64,000 bases of DNA from Leucoraja ocellata (lineage: Eukaryota), in contig JAWMAR010000508.1 in NCBI GenBank assembly GCA_036785375.1, positions 1,302,001-1,366,000 of the forward strand, read 5' to 3'. Under the pieces are notes generated by a model. That model was not told the origin of the DNA and did no database searches. It saw nothing but the letters and a program-made list of their open reading frames with translations. A program made the translations under genes and the position numbers. Shown one piece after another: positions 36,612-48,940 of the stretch; position 1 is the first letter of the stretch, and every line of letters begins with the position of its first letter.

Positions 36612-36782
36612 TAAAGTGGCTTGCAAAAGTATTCATACCCCTTGAACTTTTCCACATTTTGTCACGTTGCAACCACAAACGTAAATGTATTTTATTGGGA
36701 TTTTATGTGATAGACCAACACAAAGTGGTGCATAATTGTGAAGTGCAAGGAAAATGATACATGGTTTTCAAATTTTTTTACA
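36612..36782 (+). mobile_element. Tc1-like transposon terminal inverted repeat fragment
   Basis: agtggcttgcaaaagtattcataccccttgaacttt resembles, from memory, fish/amphibian Tc1 termini. Confidence 0.65.
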
Positions 36783-36822
36783 ACAACACACCTCCATAGG
36801 GGGTAAGCAGTTCACTGAAGCT

Positions 36823-37786
36823 GGTGAATAAGGCAAGGCAGCGCCTTTACCACCTCAGGCAATTGAGGAAATTCAGAGTGTCTCCGAGGATCCTCCAGTG
36901 CTTCTACGCAGCGGTGGTGGAAAGCATCTTGTCCGGGAACATTACCATCTGGTTTGGGAATTGCACTGCCAAGGACAAGAAGGCTCTGCAGAGAGTAGTG
37001 CGTTCGGCCGAACGCACTATGGGAACTTCACTCACCCCCCTGCAGGAACTATACAACAGGAGGTGCAACTCCAGAGCAAACAAAATCATGGGAGACCCCT
37101 TCCACCCCTGCAACGGACTGTTCCAGCTGCTACGGTCAGGCAAACGCCTCCGTTGCCATGCGGTGAGAACGGAGAGGTTGAGAAGGAGTTTCTTCCCAGA
37201 GGCAATTCGGACTGTAAACGCCTATCTCACCAGGGACTAACTCTACTGAACGTTTTTCCTTCCATTATTTATTATGTAAAAGAATACCGATTCAGATTCA
37301 GATTCAGATTCAGATTTATTTTAATTGTCATTGTCAGTGTACAGTACAGAGACAACGAAATGCATTTTGCATCTCCCTGGACAACGTAGCAAACGATTTG
37401 AATAAATAATAATAAGTGTCCGGGGGGGGGGTGGTGGTGATTGGCAGTTACCGAGGTACGATGTTGAGTAGAGTGACAGCCGCCGGAAAGAAGCTGTTCC
37501 TCGACATGCTGGTTCGGCAACGGAGAGACCTGTAACGCCTCCCAGATGGTAGGAGGGAAAACAGTCCATGGTTGGGGTGAGAGCAGTCCTTGGCGATGCT
37601 GAGCGCCCTCCGCAGACAGCGCTTGCTTTGGACAGAATATGTGTGTTATGATTGTGTTTATAGTTTGTTTGGTTGTTTTGTTGTTTGTCTTTTACACAAA
37701 AGTCCGCGAGCTTTGCCACTTTCATTTCACTGCACATCTCGTATGTGTATGTGACAAATAAACTTGACTTGACTTGACTTGACTTG
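36823..37786 (+). mobile_element. Rex1-like fragment (same family as 10224) with another Rex1 3' end nested on the minus strand (about 37290-37632)
   Basis: ORF 36824-37240; (GACTT)n tail; inner copy matches 36170-36508. Confidence 0.85.
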
Positions 37787-38204
37787 AAAGCTGGTCACGG
37801 AAATATGATCAGAGCCGTCTTTCAAGGCAGACTCAGAATTCTGGCCAGAATTGTCCGACAAGGCAGGCTCAGTATGTTGAGGTTTTCAGACCAAGACCCA
37901 AGCAGAGGTCAGGAGAAACATGGAATCCACACTTCCTACCAGTCCTACTGCCCAATCAAGGAGAGAAAAGGAACCTGCATCAGGGGCCTTTGGGCTTACC
38001 ACAAGACCACCGGTAGCCATGGAGGTAGGTTGGTCTGGGTTTACTGAAACAAGGGATTGTGGACCAGTTACATGTTGGTAATTTTTACTCTTGTGTTTTT
38101 GTTCAAAATGACAATAACATGAATTTCAGATCTGGTTTAAAAAAACAGATAACAACATGTGATTATTTTTACTGCACAACATACAGAGGTTCCAAGCAGA
38201 CTTG

Positions 38205-41200
38205 GAACTCGGACCGGAATTGTCTTCAAGGCAGGCCCAGTATTTTGGGCAGGATTGCCTTCCAGGACAGGTGACAGATGGATGATGTCACTTATAACCA
38301 TATAACCATATAACAATTACAGCACGGAAACAGGCCATCTCAGCCCTACAAGTCCGTGCCGAACAAATTTATTTTCTCCTTAGTCCCACCTGCCTGCACT
38401 CATACCATAACCCTCCATTCCCTTCTCATCCATATGCCTATCCATTTATTTTTAAATGATACCTGCCAATTAACCTGCCTCCACCACTTCCACTGGAAGC
38501 TCATTCCACACCGCTACCACTCTCTGAGTAAAGAAGTTCCCCCTCATATTACCCCTAAACTTCTGTCCCTTAATTCTGAAGTCATGTCCTCTTGTTTGAA
38601 TCTTCCCTATTCTCAAAGGGAAAAGCTTGTCCACATCAACTCTGTCTATCCCTCTCATCATTTTAAAGACCTCTATCAGGTCCCCCCTTAACCTTCTGCG
38701 CTCCAGAGAATAAAGACCTAAATTATTCAACCTATCTCTGTAACTTAGTTGTTGAAACCCAGGCAACATTCTAGTAAATCTCCTCTGTACTCTCTCCATT
38801 TTGTTGACATCCTACCTATAATTGGGTGACCAAAATTGTACACCATACTCCAGATTTGGTCTCACCAATGCATTGTACATTTTTAACATTACATCCCAGC
38901 TTCTATACTCAATGCTCTGATTTATAAAGGCTAGCATACCAAAAGCTTTCTTTACCACCCTATCTATATGAGATTCCACCTTCAAGGAACTATGCACGGT
39001 TATACCCAGATCCCTCTGTTCAACTGTATTCTTTAATTCCCTACCATTTACCATGTAATTCCCTGCCATTTACCATGTAAATGGTAGGGAATACCTTCAT
39101 CCAGGTTTAACTCATTTGTGCAGTACAGACTTTCAGAACAGCAATTTTTTGTTACGGTCTAACTATTGTTCTATATGAGCTTCCTATAAAATGGTCACAT
39201 GGCATGCATCGACCTCAAAGATGCATACTATTCGATGTCTATTCACTAAGAACAGGAGATATTTGAAGTTTAACTGGATGGCATACCTCTGCCAAATGGG
39301 TTGACATCAGCTCCTAGACTATTGACGAAACTACGGAAAGCAATTCTGGGTCTACAAAGGTCTCAGAACCACATAGTAATGGCATATTTGGAGGACATTT
39401 TCATTTTGGAGTCACCAAGAATTGGCAGAAGCAAACCAAAACCCTGATTGAAAGACTTGGTTACCTCATCCATCCAGTTAAATCAAAATTGACACCTGCA
39501 AGGGTAATTGATTACCTAGAATTTACTATCAAAAACAGTAAATACGTTGGTGACTTTGCCTAGGGGCAAACAACAATATTTAATTAAGCCTGCTATGACC
39601 TGATAGTCAAATTCTAGCCATCTATCAGGCAAACAGCGAGTGTAATTTGCAAATAGTAGCTGCATTCCCAGTAGTATGGGCTTTTGCATTACCAGAACTT
39701 ACAGCAAGCAAAGGAACGAACACTCAAATTACATGCAGAGAGTGGTGAATATCTGAAATTCTCTGCCACAGAAGGTAGTTGAGGCCAGTTCATTCGCTGT
39801 ACTTAAGAGGGAGTTAGATGTGGCCCTTGTATCTAAAGGGATCAGGGGATATGGAGAGAAGGCAGGTACAGGATACTGAGTTGGATGATTAGCCCTGATC
39901 ATAATGAATGGCGATTAGTGCAGGCTCGAAGGGTCGAATGCCCTCTACTCCTGCACCTATTGTCTATGTTTCTATGTCCTGTTTCTGTATTGTACCTCAA
40001 CATAGAAACATAGAAATTAGGTGCAGGAGTAGGCCATTCGGCCCTTCGAGATAAATTCTAGAGAGTATAAACCAAGTCTATCCAGTCTTTCGTCATAAGA
40101 CAGTCCTGACATCCCAGGAATCAGTCTGGTGAACCTTCTCTGCCCTCCCTCTATGGCAATAATGTCCTTACTCAGATTTGGAGACCAAAACTGTACGCAA
40201 TACTCCAGGTGTGGTCTCACCAAGACCCTGTACAACTGCATTAGAACCTCCCTGCTCCTATACTCAAATCCTCTACGGCAAGAATGTCTTTCCTCAGATT
40301 AGGAGAGCAAAACTGTACGCAATACTCCAGGTGTGGTCTGACCAAGACCCTGTACAACTGCAGTAGAACCTCCCTGCTCCTATACTCAAATCCTTTTGCA
40401 ATGAAAGCTAACATACCATTCGCTTTCTTCACTGCCTGCTGCACCTGCATGCCTACCTTCAATGATTGGTGTACCATGACACCCAGGTCTCGCTGCATCT
40501 CCCCCTTTCCCAAGAACTAAAGACAGAAATAGTGTGTGAATGGGTGATTATTGGTCAGCACGGACTCGATGGGCTGAAGGTCCTGTTTCTGTATTGTATC
40601 TCAATAGCTAAACATATAACTAGTATGTGAATGGGTGATCGGTGGCCGGCATGGACTCGGTGGGCCGAGGGGCCCTGTCTCAGCGCCGCATCTCTGAACT
40701 AAACTAAACTAAACTAAGCTCTCAGCAATTTCTTGTGGTCTTGAGCGGAGCTGGTCCCAAACCAGGATGTAATGCAACATAACACAGTTTTTTCACAATT
40801 CACGTGGAGAGGTTGGTGTGAGTCAATGGAGAAGTGCCGAACTTCCTTCATCTTTTGAGGAAGATGAGACATTAGTCCGCCTTATTGACCACAGCTTCAA
40901 TGTAGTTGATGCAGGGTATGTTGTTGGTGATATTTACAGTCATGTGATAGTAGCAGAATTAGGATATTTGACCCATCAAGTCTACTCCACCATTCAATCA
41001 TGGCTGATCTATCTCTCCCTCCTAACCCCATTCTCCTGCCTTCTCCCCATAACCCCTGACACCCGCACAAATAACCATATAACAATTACAGCACGGAAAC
41101 AGGCCATCTCGACCCTTCTAGTCCGTGCCGAACACATAATCTCCCCTAGTCCCATATACCTGCGCTCAGACCATAACCCTCCATTCCCTTCCCATCCATA

Positions 41201-42591
41201 TAACTATCCAATTTATTTTTAAATGATAAAAACGAACCTGCCTCCACCACCTTCACTGGAAGCTCATTCGACACAGCTACCACTCTCTGAGTAAAGAAGT
41301 TCCCCCTCATGTTACCCCTAAACTTCTGTCCCTTAATTCTGAAGTCATGTCCTCTTGTTTGAATCTTCCTTATTCTCAAAGGGAAAAGCTTATCTATAAT
41401 CTATTCTAATCTATAAGATCATTTCGTTGTCTCTGTACTGTACACTGACAATGACAATTAAAATTGAATCTGAATCTGAAGATCCCCTCTCAATCTCCTG
41501 AATTCTGGTTTATACTCTCTAGAATTTAGGAAAGTAGGCATGCAGGTGCAGCAGGCAGTAAAGAAAGCGAATGGTATGTTAGCTTTCATAGCAAAAGGAT
41601 GTGAGTATAGGAGCAGGGAGGTTCTACTGCAGTTGTACAGGGTCTTGGTGAGACCACACCTGGAGTATTGCGTACAGTTTTGGTCTCCAAATCTGAGGAA
41701 GGACATTATTGCCATCGAGGGAGTGCAGAGAAGGTTCACCAGACTGATTCCTGGGATGTCAGGACTGTCTTATGAAGAAAGACTGGATAGACTTGGTTTA
41801 TACTCTCTAGAATTTAGGAGACTGAGAGGGGATCTTATAGAAACTTACAAAATTCTTAAGGGGTTGGACAGGCTAGATGCAGGAAGATTGCTCCCGATGT
41901 TGGGGAAGTCCAGGACAAGAGGTCACAGCTTAAGGATAAGGGGAAAATCCTTTAAAACCGAGATGAGAAGAACTTTTTTCACACAGAGAGTGGTGAATCT
42001 CTGGAACTCTCTGCCACAGAGGGTAGTCGAGGCCACAGTTCATTGGCTATATTTAAGAGGGAGTTAGATGTGGCCCTTGTGGCTAAGGGGATCAGAGGGT
42101 ATGGAGAGAAGGCAGGTACGGGATACTGAGTTGAATGATCAGCCATGATCATATTGAATGGCGAATGGTGCAGGCTCGAAGGGCCGAATGGCCTACTCCT
42201 GCACCTAATTTCTATGTTTCTATGTTTCTAATCAACAATCTATCTATCTCAGCCTTAAAAATATCCACTGACTTGCTCTCCACAGCCTGCTATGGCAAAG
42301 AATTCCACAGATTCACCACCCACTGACTAAAGAGAGAACTAGTGTGTGAACGGGTGATCGATAGTCAGCGTGGACTCGTTGGGCTGAAGGCCTGTATTCG
42401 CTCTGTATCTCTAAACTGAACTGAACTAAATTATATGTTACTAAAGTAAACTTTATTGTCAATTCAATTATGCAACAGTAGTTACACAGAGGATCGAAAT
42501 TACGTTTCCCCATACTCCAAATGTGCAAGTAACATTAAAAACACAGCTAGACAACATATCAATAAAAATAGACAATAGACATACATTATTT
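38205..42591 (+). repeat. Direct repeat copy 1 (~4.4 kb) left of the L1
   Basis: Collinear and nearly identical with 48941-54873, lacking about 50690-52243. Confidence 0.95.
39095..39735 (+). mobile_element. Degraded DIRS-like retrotransposon RT (duplicated at about 49826-50470)
   Basis: ACIDLKDAYYS..RRYLKF..LPNGLTSAPRLLTK..MAYLEDIFI..LGYLIHPVKSKLTP. Confidence 0.7.
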
Positions 42592-43004
42592 ATTTTTATT
42601 TTTTTTATTTATTTTTTTGTTTTTTTATTAGAAGTACGGTAAGTTACAATTCTACAAAACACATATATCTTAATACATTTTTAGTACCGCTTCATTTTTT
42701 TTTTTTGAGCTTTAAGAAAAAGGTAGAAGTAAGGAAAGTAAAGAAAGTGCAAGAGAGTCGTGCAGTGCAAGAGTGTAAGGAAAAGAAAGCCCCTTAGGAA
42801 AGAAGTTAGAGAAGGAAGTAAAGTGAGAAAATAGACCCTAGAAAAGAGAGAAAGAGAAAATAGAAACAATCGCTCTATTATAACATTAAACTCCGCAGAA
42901 AGGGGACTACCAACCAAGTCTGTTTTTGTTATTTTACCTCCCGTTACCAGGTCCTGATTCCGCTTATTTATATATTTGTTTTTTTTTTAGATTACTATTG
43001 CACC

Positions 43005-46000
43005 TCATACTTGTAATAGGTCCAGAAACATAGACCACGTCTTTTGGAATTGGTCTGCTTTACCTGCTAGGAGGAATCTCATCTCTTCCAGATGTAATGT
43101 TTCAAACATATTTGATATCCACATTTTTATTGTTGGTGTCGGCGCATTTTTCCAGAATTTAAGTATAAGCTTTTTTCCCATTATTAGCCCGTAATTAATT
43201 AAATTCTTCTGAAACACGTTTAATTCAGGGTTACCTTCCGATATTCCGAAGATAATCCATTCTGGTTTTGGTACCAGTTTTATATTGATCAATTTTGAAA
43301 AAATATCAAATATTTCATACCAGAATTTTTGGATTTTTGTACAAAAAACAAAAGAGTGCGCTATGGTAGCTTCTTGACATAGGCATTTATCACAGATTGG
43401 TGAAACATTAGGGAAGATTTTATTTAATTTAGTTTTTGAATAATATAATCTATGTAATGTTTTAAATTGGATGAGCGTATGTCGTACGTTGATCGAACAT
43501 TTATGCAACTGTAGTAAATGATTATCCCAGGTCTCTTTTGAGATTTTTATAGCTAATTCTTGTTCCCAATCTTTTCTAATTCCATCTGTTGTGGGTATTT
43601 CTATGTTTAAAATGATATTATATAGGTACGATATTAAATTAGCTGATTCCGCCTTGGTCTTCATTGCTTCATCCAATAAGTCGGAAGACATATTATGATA
43701 GTCTTTTGTGTGTTTTTTCAGATAATCACAAATTTGAAGATATTTAAAATATTGGTTATTTTTCAAATTATATTTCAGTTGTAGTTGTTGAAATGATAGT
43801 AAATTCCCCAATTCATACAGATCTTCGAGCGTTTTAATTCCCATTCTTTCCCATTGTATAAATGATTTGTCTATGATTGATGGTTTAAACGATGGATTAT
43901 TGACTATTGGTATTAAAAGAGATAGGTTTCTTAATTCTAAAGTCTGTTTTATTTGTTTCCATGTTCTTATTGTGTTATGTATAATTGGATTTTTATTATA
44001 ATTTTTATTATTCAAATTTGTTGGTGAGAGGATGGTCGCTCCTATATTATTCGGGGAGCAGTCCCCTTTTTCCATTACCATCCAGTCCGCCTGCTGTGCA
44101 GAATTGTCCAGCAGGTGAATCATATTTTTAATATTTACTGCCCAGTTATAATACATAAAGTTAGGGAGCGCTAGACCCCCCAGCTCTTTTCGTTTATTAA
44201 GGTGTGCTATTTGTATTCTATGGGATTTATAATCCCATATAAAATTTGTAATGTCTGAGTCCAATTTTTTGAAAAACTTTTTTGGGAGGTATATAGGTAT
44301 TAATTGAAATAGGTATAGAATTTGTGGTAAGAAAACCATTTTAATAGCATTTATTCTGCCTATTAAGGACATCGGAAGTGTTTTCCAGAATTTAATCAGA
44401 TTATTCAATTTCTTGAGTAAGGGATTATAATTGGCTTTAAACATATCCTGGTAATTTCTAGTAATTTCAATTCCCAAATATTTGAATTTTTCTGTAGCTA
44501 TTTTAAAGGGAAATTTCCGAAGCTGTGTTGAGTCTTTTGGTTTTATCGACATAATTTCACTTTTGTTCCAATTTATTCTATATCCTGAAAAGGATCCAAA
44601 GTCCTCAATTAAGTTTAATATGTTTGGTATACTAATTTGTGGTTTTGTGATGTACAGTAGTACATCATCGGCATATAGGGATATTTTATTCTTTGAGTAT
44701 TTTGTATTATAACCATAAATATCCGGATGTGTTCTTATTTTTTCAGCAAGGGGTTCAATTACCAAAGCAAATAACAGCGGTGATAATGAGCATCCTTGTC
44801 TATTGCCCCTTGATAGTTCAAATTTCGAGGATAAGATATTATTAGTTAATATTCTAGCCGTAGGTTTGTTATATAATAGTTTTATCCATGCGATAAAGTT
44901 TTCTCCCAATTGGAATTTTTGCAATACTTTAATCATATAATCCCATTCTACTTGATCAAACGCTTTTTCTGCGTCCAGTGAGATAATAGATAACTCTTGG
45001 TCGTGAGGTTTATGTGAGTGCATTATGTTAAGCAAACGTCTCAAATTATTGAATGAGTGTCTCTTAGGTATAAATCCTGTTTGATCTCCATTTATTAATC
45101 TACTAACGTACCTGCTTAATCTACTGGCTAGTGTTTTCGCTATTATTTTTTGATCCGTATTTAACAAAGCAATAGCTCTATATGAGCCTGGTTCTTCTAT
45201 GTTTTTATCTTTTTTAAGTATTAATGTGATCGTTGATTCTGCTAATGTTTCGGGTAAGCTTTGCTCTTTAAAAGCGTGTGTATACATTTTCTGTAATCGT
45301 GGGGTAACTATATCATAAAAGGCTTTATAGAATTCACTACTGAATCCGTCTGGTCCTGGTGTTTTACCATTCTTTAGTGTTTTTATTGTGTCTTCTATCT
45401 CCTTAGAAGTAATTATTGCTCCCAGTTCCTCTTGTTCCCTCAATTCTAATTTTGGAAGGTTACAATCTTCCAGAAATTCTGAAATTTTATTATTATCTAT
45501 TGACGTTTTAGATGTATATAGATTTTCGTAGAATTGAGCAAATCTTTTATTGATATCCTTGGGTAGTGTTAATAATTCCCCACTATCTGATTTAATCTTT
45601 AGTATTGCATTCTCTTTTTCCCGTTTTTTCAACTGGCGTGCTAAGAGTTTGTGGGGTTTGTCCCCGAATTCAAAGTGTTCTTGTTTTGTAACTTGGAATA
45701 ATGTTATAACTTTCTCTGACAATAATTTATTCAGCTTGAATTTCAATAATAGGATTTTATTATGTTTATCCATAGTTGGATCTTTAGCATTATCTGTATC
45801 TAATTGTTTTATTTGTTCTTCTAAATGTCTTTGTTCTTTCTTATTCTTTTTATTTTGGTAAGCTTGAAATGAAATAATGACTCCTCTAATAAATGCTTTA
45901 AAAGATTCCCATAATAGCGTGGGGGATATATCTGGTGTATCATTTATCTCAAAGAATAAGTCCATCTGTTTTTTTAGATATATACTCCCTTGTGTGTCTT

Positions 46001-46797
46001 TTAAAAGTTGCGAATTAAACCCCCAGAACGATTTATTCATAGATATTCCCTCTAATTTTAAAACAAAGGTTAAAGGAGAGTGATCTGAAATCGCATTAAT
46101 GTGGTATTTAGGATTCATAGTGTGTGTAATTAATTGTGTATCCACAAGAAAATAATCTATCCGTGAATATGTTTTATGCACCGTTGAATAGAACGAGTAG
46201 TCCCTTCCCGTCGGATTTGCAATCCTCCATACATCTGCTATATTTGTGTTTTCCATATATGTATGTAAGAGTTCACTGGTTTTAGATTTCATACTACCTT
46301 TTTGTTTTTTGCATCGATTTATCTAAATAAGGGTCTAAAACACAGTTGAAGTCTCCTCCGATTATAACATTTTGATAATTAAATTCGGCAATTTTATTCA
46401 GAATTTTATTTAAAAATTTAGGGTTATCAAAGTTGGGCGCATATATATTTACCAGCGTAATTGGCATATTATTGATCTCTCCTGCTACTATAAGATATCT
46501 CCCTTCCTTATCTGAAATAATATTCTTTGATTTAAATGGAATTCCTTTACGGATAATAATTGCAGTACCTCTAGATTTAGAAGTGAATGAAGAGTGAAAT
46601 GTTTGGCCTATCCAGTTAGCCCTCAATCTCGTCTGATCTTGATGTTTAAGATGAGTTTCCTGTAGGAACGAAATGTCCGTGTTGTATGCTTTCAATTGAG
46701 CTAGTATCTTGCCCCTTTTAATAGGTTCATTAATACCCCTTATATTCCAACTACATAGTGTGACTCCTCCCATTTTCCTTTGATTGTCGTCATACAT
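43005..46797 (-). CDS. L1 ORF2 (AP endonuclease, RT, CCHC), one +1 frameshift in an A6 run near 46310
   Basis: SWNIRG, LQETH, GGDFN, SRIDY, SDH; RQGCSLSP, LYADD; CDKC..H...C. Confidence 0.93.
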
Positions 46798-47774
46798 TTT
46801 TACCAATTTTAATGACCGTACTTATTATGGTGCATCCATACCTCAGGACTCTGGTTATTTTGGAAGCATTTATATTATAGACTTTCTTGGTAGTTCCCCT
46901 CTGCGATTGTCCTTGAGAAAAAAACACATAAATGTGACATATTGTAGTAAAAAAAAAAAGTATATAAAATAAATGTACGGTGTCTGGATTTCCGACACCG
47001 TAGTGAGTGGCCCACTCGTCTGTGGGATATGACATCAATATTGCTTCCGGCGTAGCTGTTATGAGGTTAGCCCCGCTGAATTTATTGCTCATAACCTAGG
47101 GGGTAGGTACCGTTTCCAAATCAGTTCTATTTCACCCCATTGCAGTATATATATATATATATATGTTTCATTCCGACTTATCAAATCTAATCAATTATTC
47201 AGTTACACATATTCCTCTCTCTTTATCTCTTAACTATTTGTAATTGGTTTTAGTATTGTTAAAAGTGAGCTGTTCGTTGAAAGGGTTAACCAGAGTCAGG
47301 CTCCTGGAATTAAGCCAGGTGTCTGAGTTTCTTCCCCTCCCCACTCGAGCTGCGGAACCTGTGAGATTACAATGTTATCTGCGTTATAACACATATTTAT
47401 CAATATCAGTTTATGTATTATGTATTAGTATTGTTAGTAATTAATTAGTAATAATTCTCTATACTTTGTAACAGTCTGTGAAAATATGTAGGTCATGTGA
47501 TGTTTTTCACTCTCTCTCAGCTTCGGCAGATCTGCATATTTCTGTTATCAGTGATTCCTGGCTTAAACATCGCATGTCCTTGAATTAAATTCGAGAGAAG
47601 ATTATAATGTCTAGACAAGTCTCATGGAAAATCTGTTGCAAATAGCCATTTTTAAATCTTGATGTTATTCACTTTTTACATTTTCTACTAATATTCTTGT
47701 TGGGGGAATAAGCACATTAATTAGTTCATGACGTCTGGTGATCAATCTTCTTCTGCAGCTGCCTTAGCAACGAT

Positions 47775-48752
47775 TTATTTAGCGTATTTAAGGGATTCTA
47801 CCGGATTAGTAAATGTTTTTGAGATTCCCTTAAAAGTGATACGCATCCTAGCCGGATAAAACACTCCAGATATGACGCCCTTGACACCGTAGAGAGCTTC
47901 TCTGGTCTGTGAGAACTTTCTTCTCTTTAGCACAATCTCATAAGGGTAGTCCCGTAGAAGTTTAATAGAATCATTTCCATATATCATCTTCTCTCCGTAT
48001 TTAATTTTTTTCAACAGCGCTTCCACTGTTGGGATATCCCGAAGTTTGACTATAATCTGTCGTGGGTAGGCTTGTTCTCCTTGGAATCTTGGTTTAAATC
48101 TAGGTAGTCGATGTGCTTCTTCAATTACTGGTGCTTCAGGTAAATTGAGTACATGTTTAATTAAATTGGCAGTGTACTCACGAGCATTTTCCCCCTCAGC
48201 TCCCTCTTTCACTCCACGTATTCGTATATTTTGACGTCTTGAGCGAGCTTCTAATTCAACACATTTATCAGATATTTTTGTAAATTGGCTCTTAAGGCTG
48301 TCTAATTCTGACTTCATTGCCTCCATTTCTCCAGCCATCTCTTCCACAACAGCTTCCAAATCTTTCACTGCATTTGCATTTGCGGAAATAGTTTCATGCA
48401 CAGCCTCAAACATCTTTGTGGACTCTTCTGCCACCTTAGTAATTTTCCCCGTTAGCTCTTCTTGCACATCATCAACTTTTTTTTGCACAGCGCCAATGCC
48501 CGCGAGAATTTTTTCATTACCAGCAATCAAGTTTAAATTTCCAGCTTTCACATCTTCTTTCAAATCTCTTACCGAGTTCCTTAATTCCTCCATTTCAGTT
48601 TTCTCTTTTGTGATCAACTCAGTCTTAGATCGTGTAGCCATTCCAGAATCCACTCCAGAGGTTAGTGTTGCAGTTTCTTGGTGTTCCTTAGTCTTCAGAA
48701 GTTGTTTTATCACTTTCCTCTGAGGGCTCTGACCTGTAGCTGTATTTTTCAT
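47775..48752 (-). CDS. L1 ORF1 (coiled coil, RRM, CTD), 325 aa
   Basis: Heptad-rich N-half; LEARSRRQNIRIRGVKEG, AHR, PRQIIVKL, FYPARMRI. Confidence 0.92.
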   Translation of the reverse strand: MKNTATGQSPQRKVIKQLLKTKEHQETATLTSGVDSGMATRSKTELITKEKTEMEELRNSVRDLKEDVKAGNLNLIAGNEKILAGIGAVQKKVDDVQEELTGKITKVAEESTKMFEAVHETISANANAVKDLEAVVEEMAGEMEAMKSELDSLKSQFTKISDKCVELEARSRRQNIRIRGVKEGAEGENAREYTANLIKHVLNLPEAPVIEEAHRLPRFKPRFQGEQAYPRQIIVKLRDIPTVEALLKKIKYGEKMIYGNDSIKLLRDYPYEIVLKRRKFSQTREALYGVKGVISGVFYPARMRITFKGISKTFTNPVESLKYAK

Positions 48753-48940
48753 TTAAAATCGGTTTCCCTCCGTTAAATCCACGGCGCTTACTGATGACGT
48801 CATCAGCACCGCGACATGAAACTCCGGTAAGTCTTTAAGATCGGTCCCGACCTCCAGACCCGAATTAACGCGAAAAATCGCGATTTTTTCAGCGGAGCTA
48901 AAAGGTTTGCGACTGCTAGCAAAGCATGTCGCCACCGGGA

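Larger units (their letters stand above)
42588..48940 (-). mobile_element. Full-length L1 LINE (~6.35 kb)
   Basis: GC-rich 5' end ccggtggcgacatg; ORF1; ~0.97-kb spacer; ORF2; 3' UTR and A-rich tail at 42588-42630. Confidence 0.95.
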
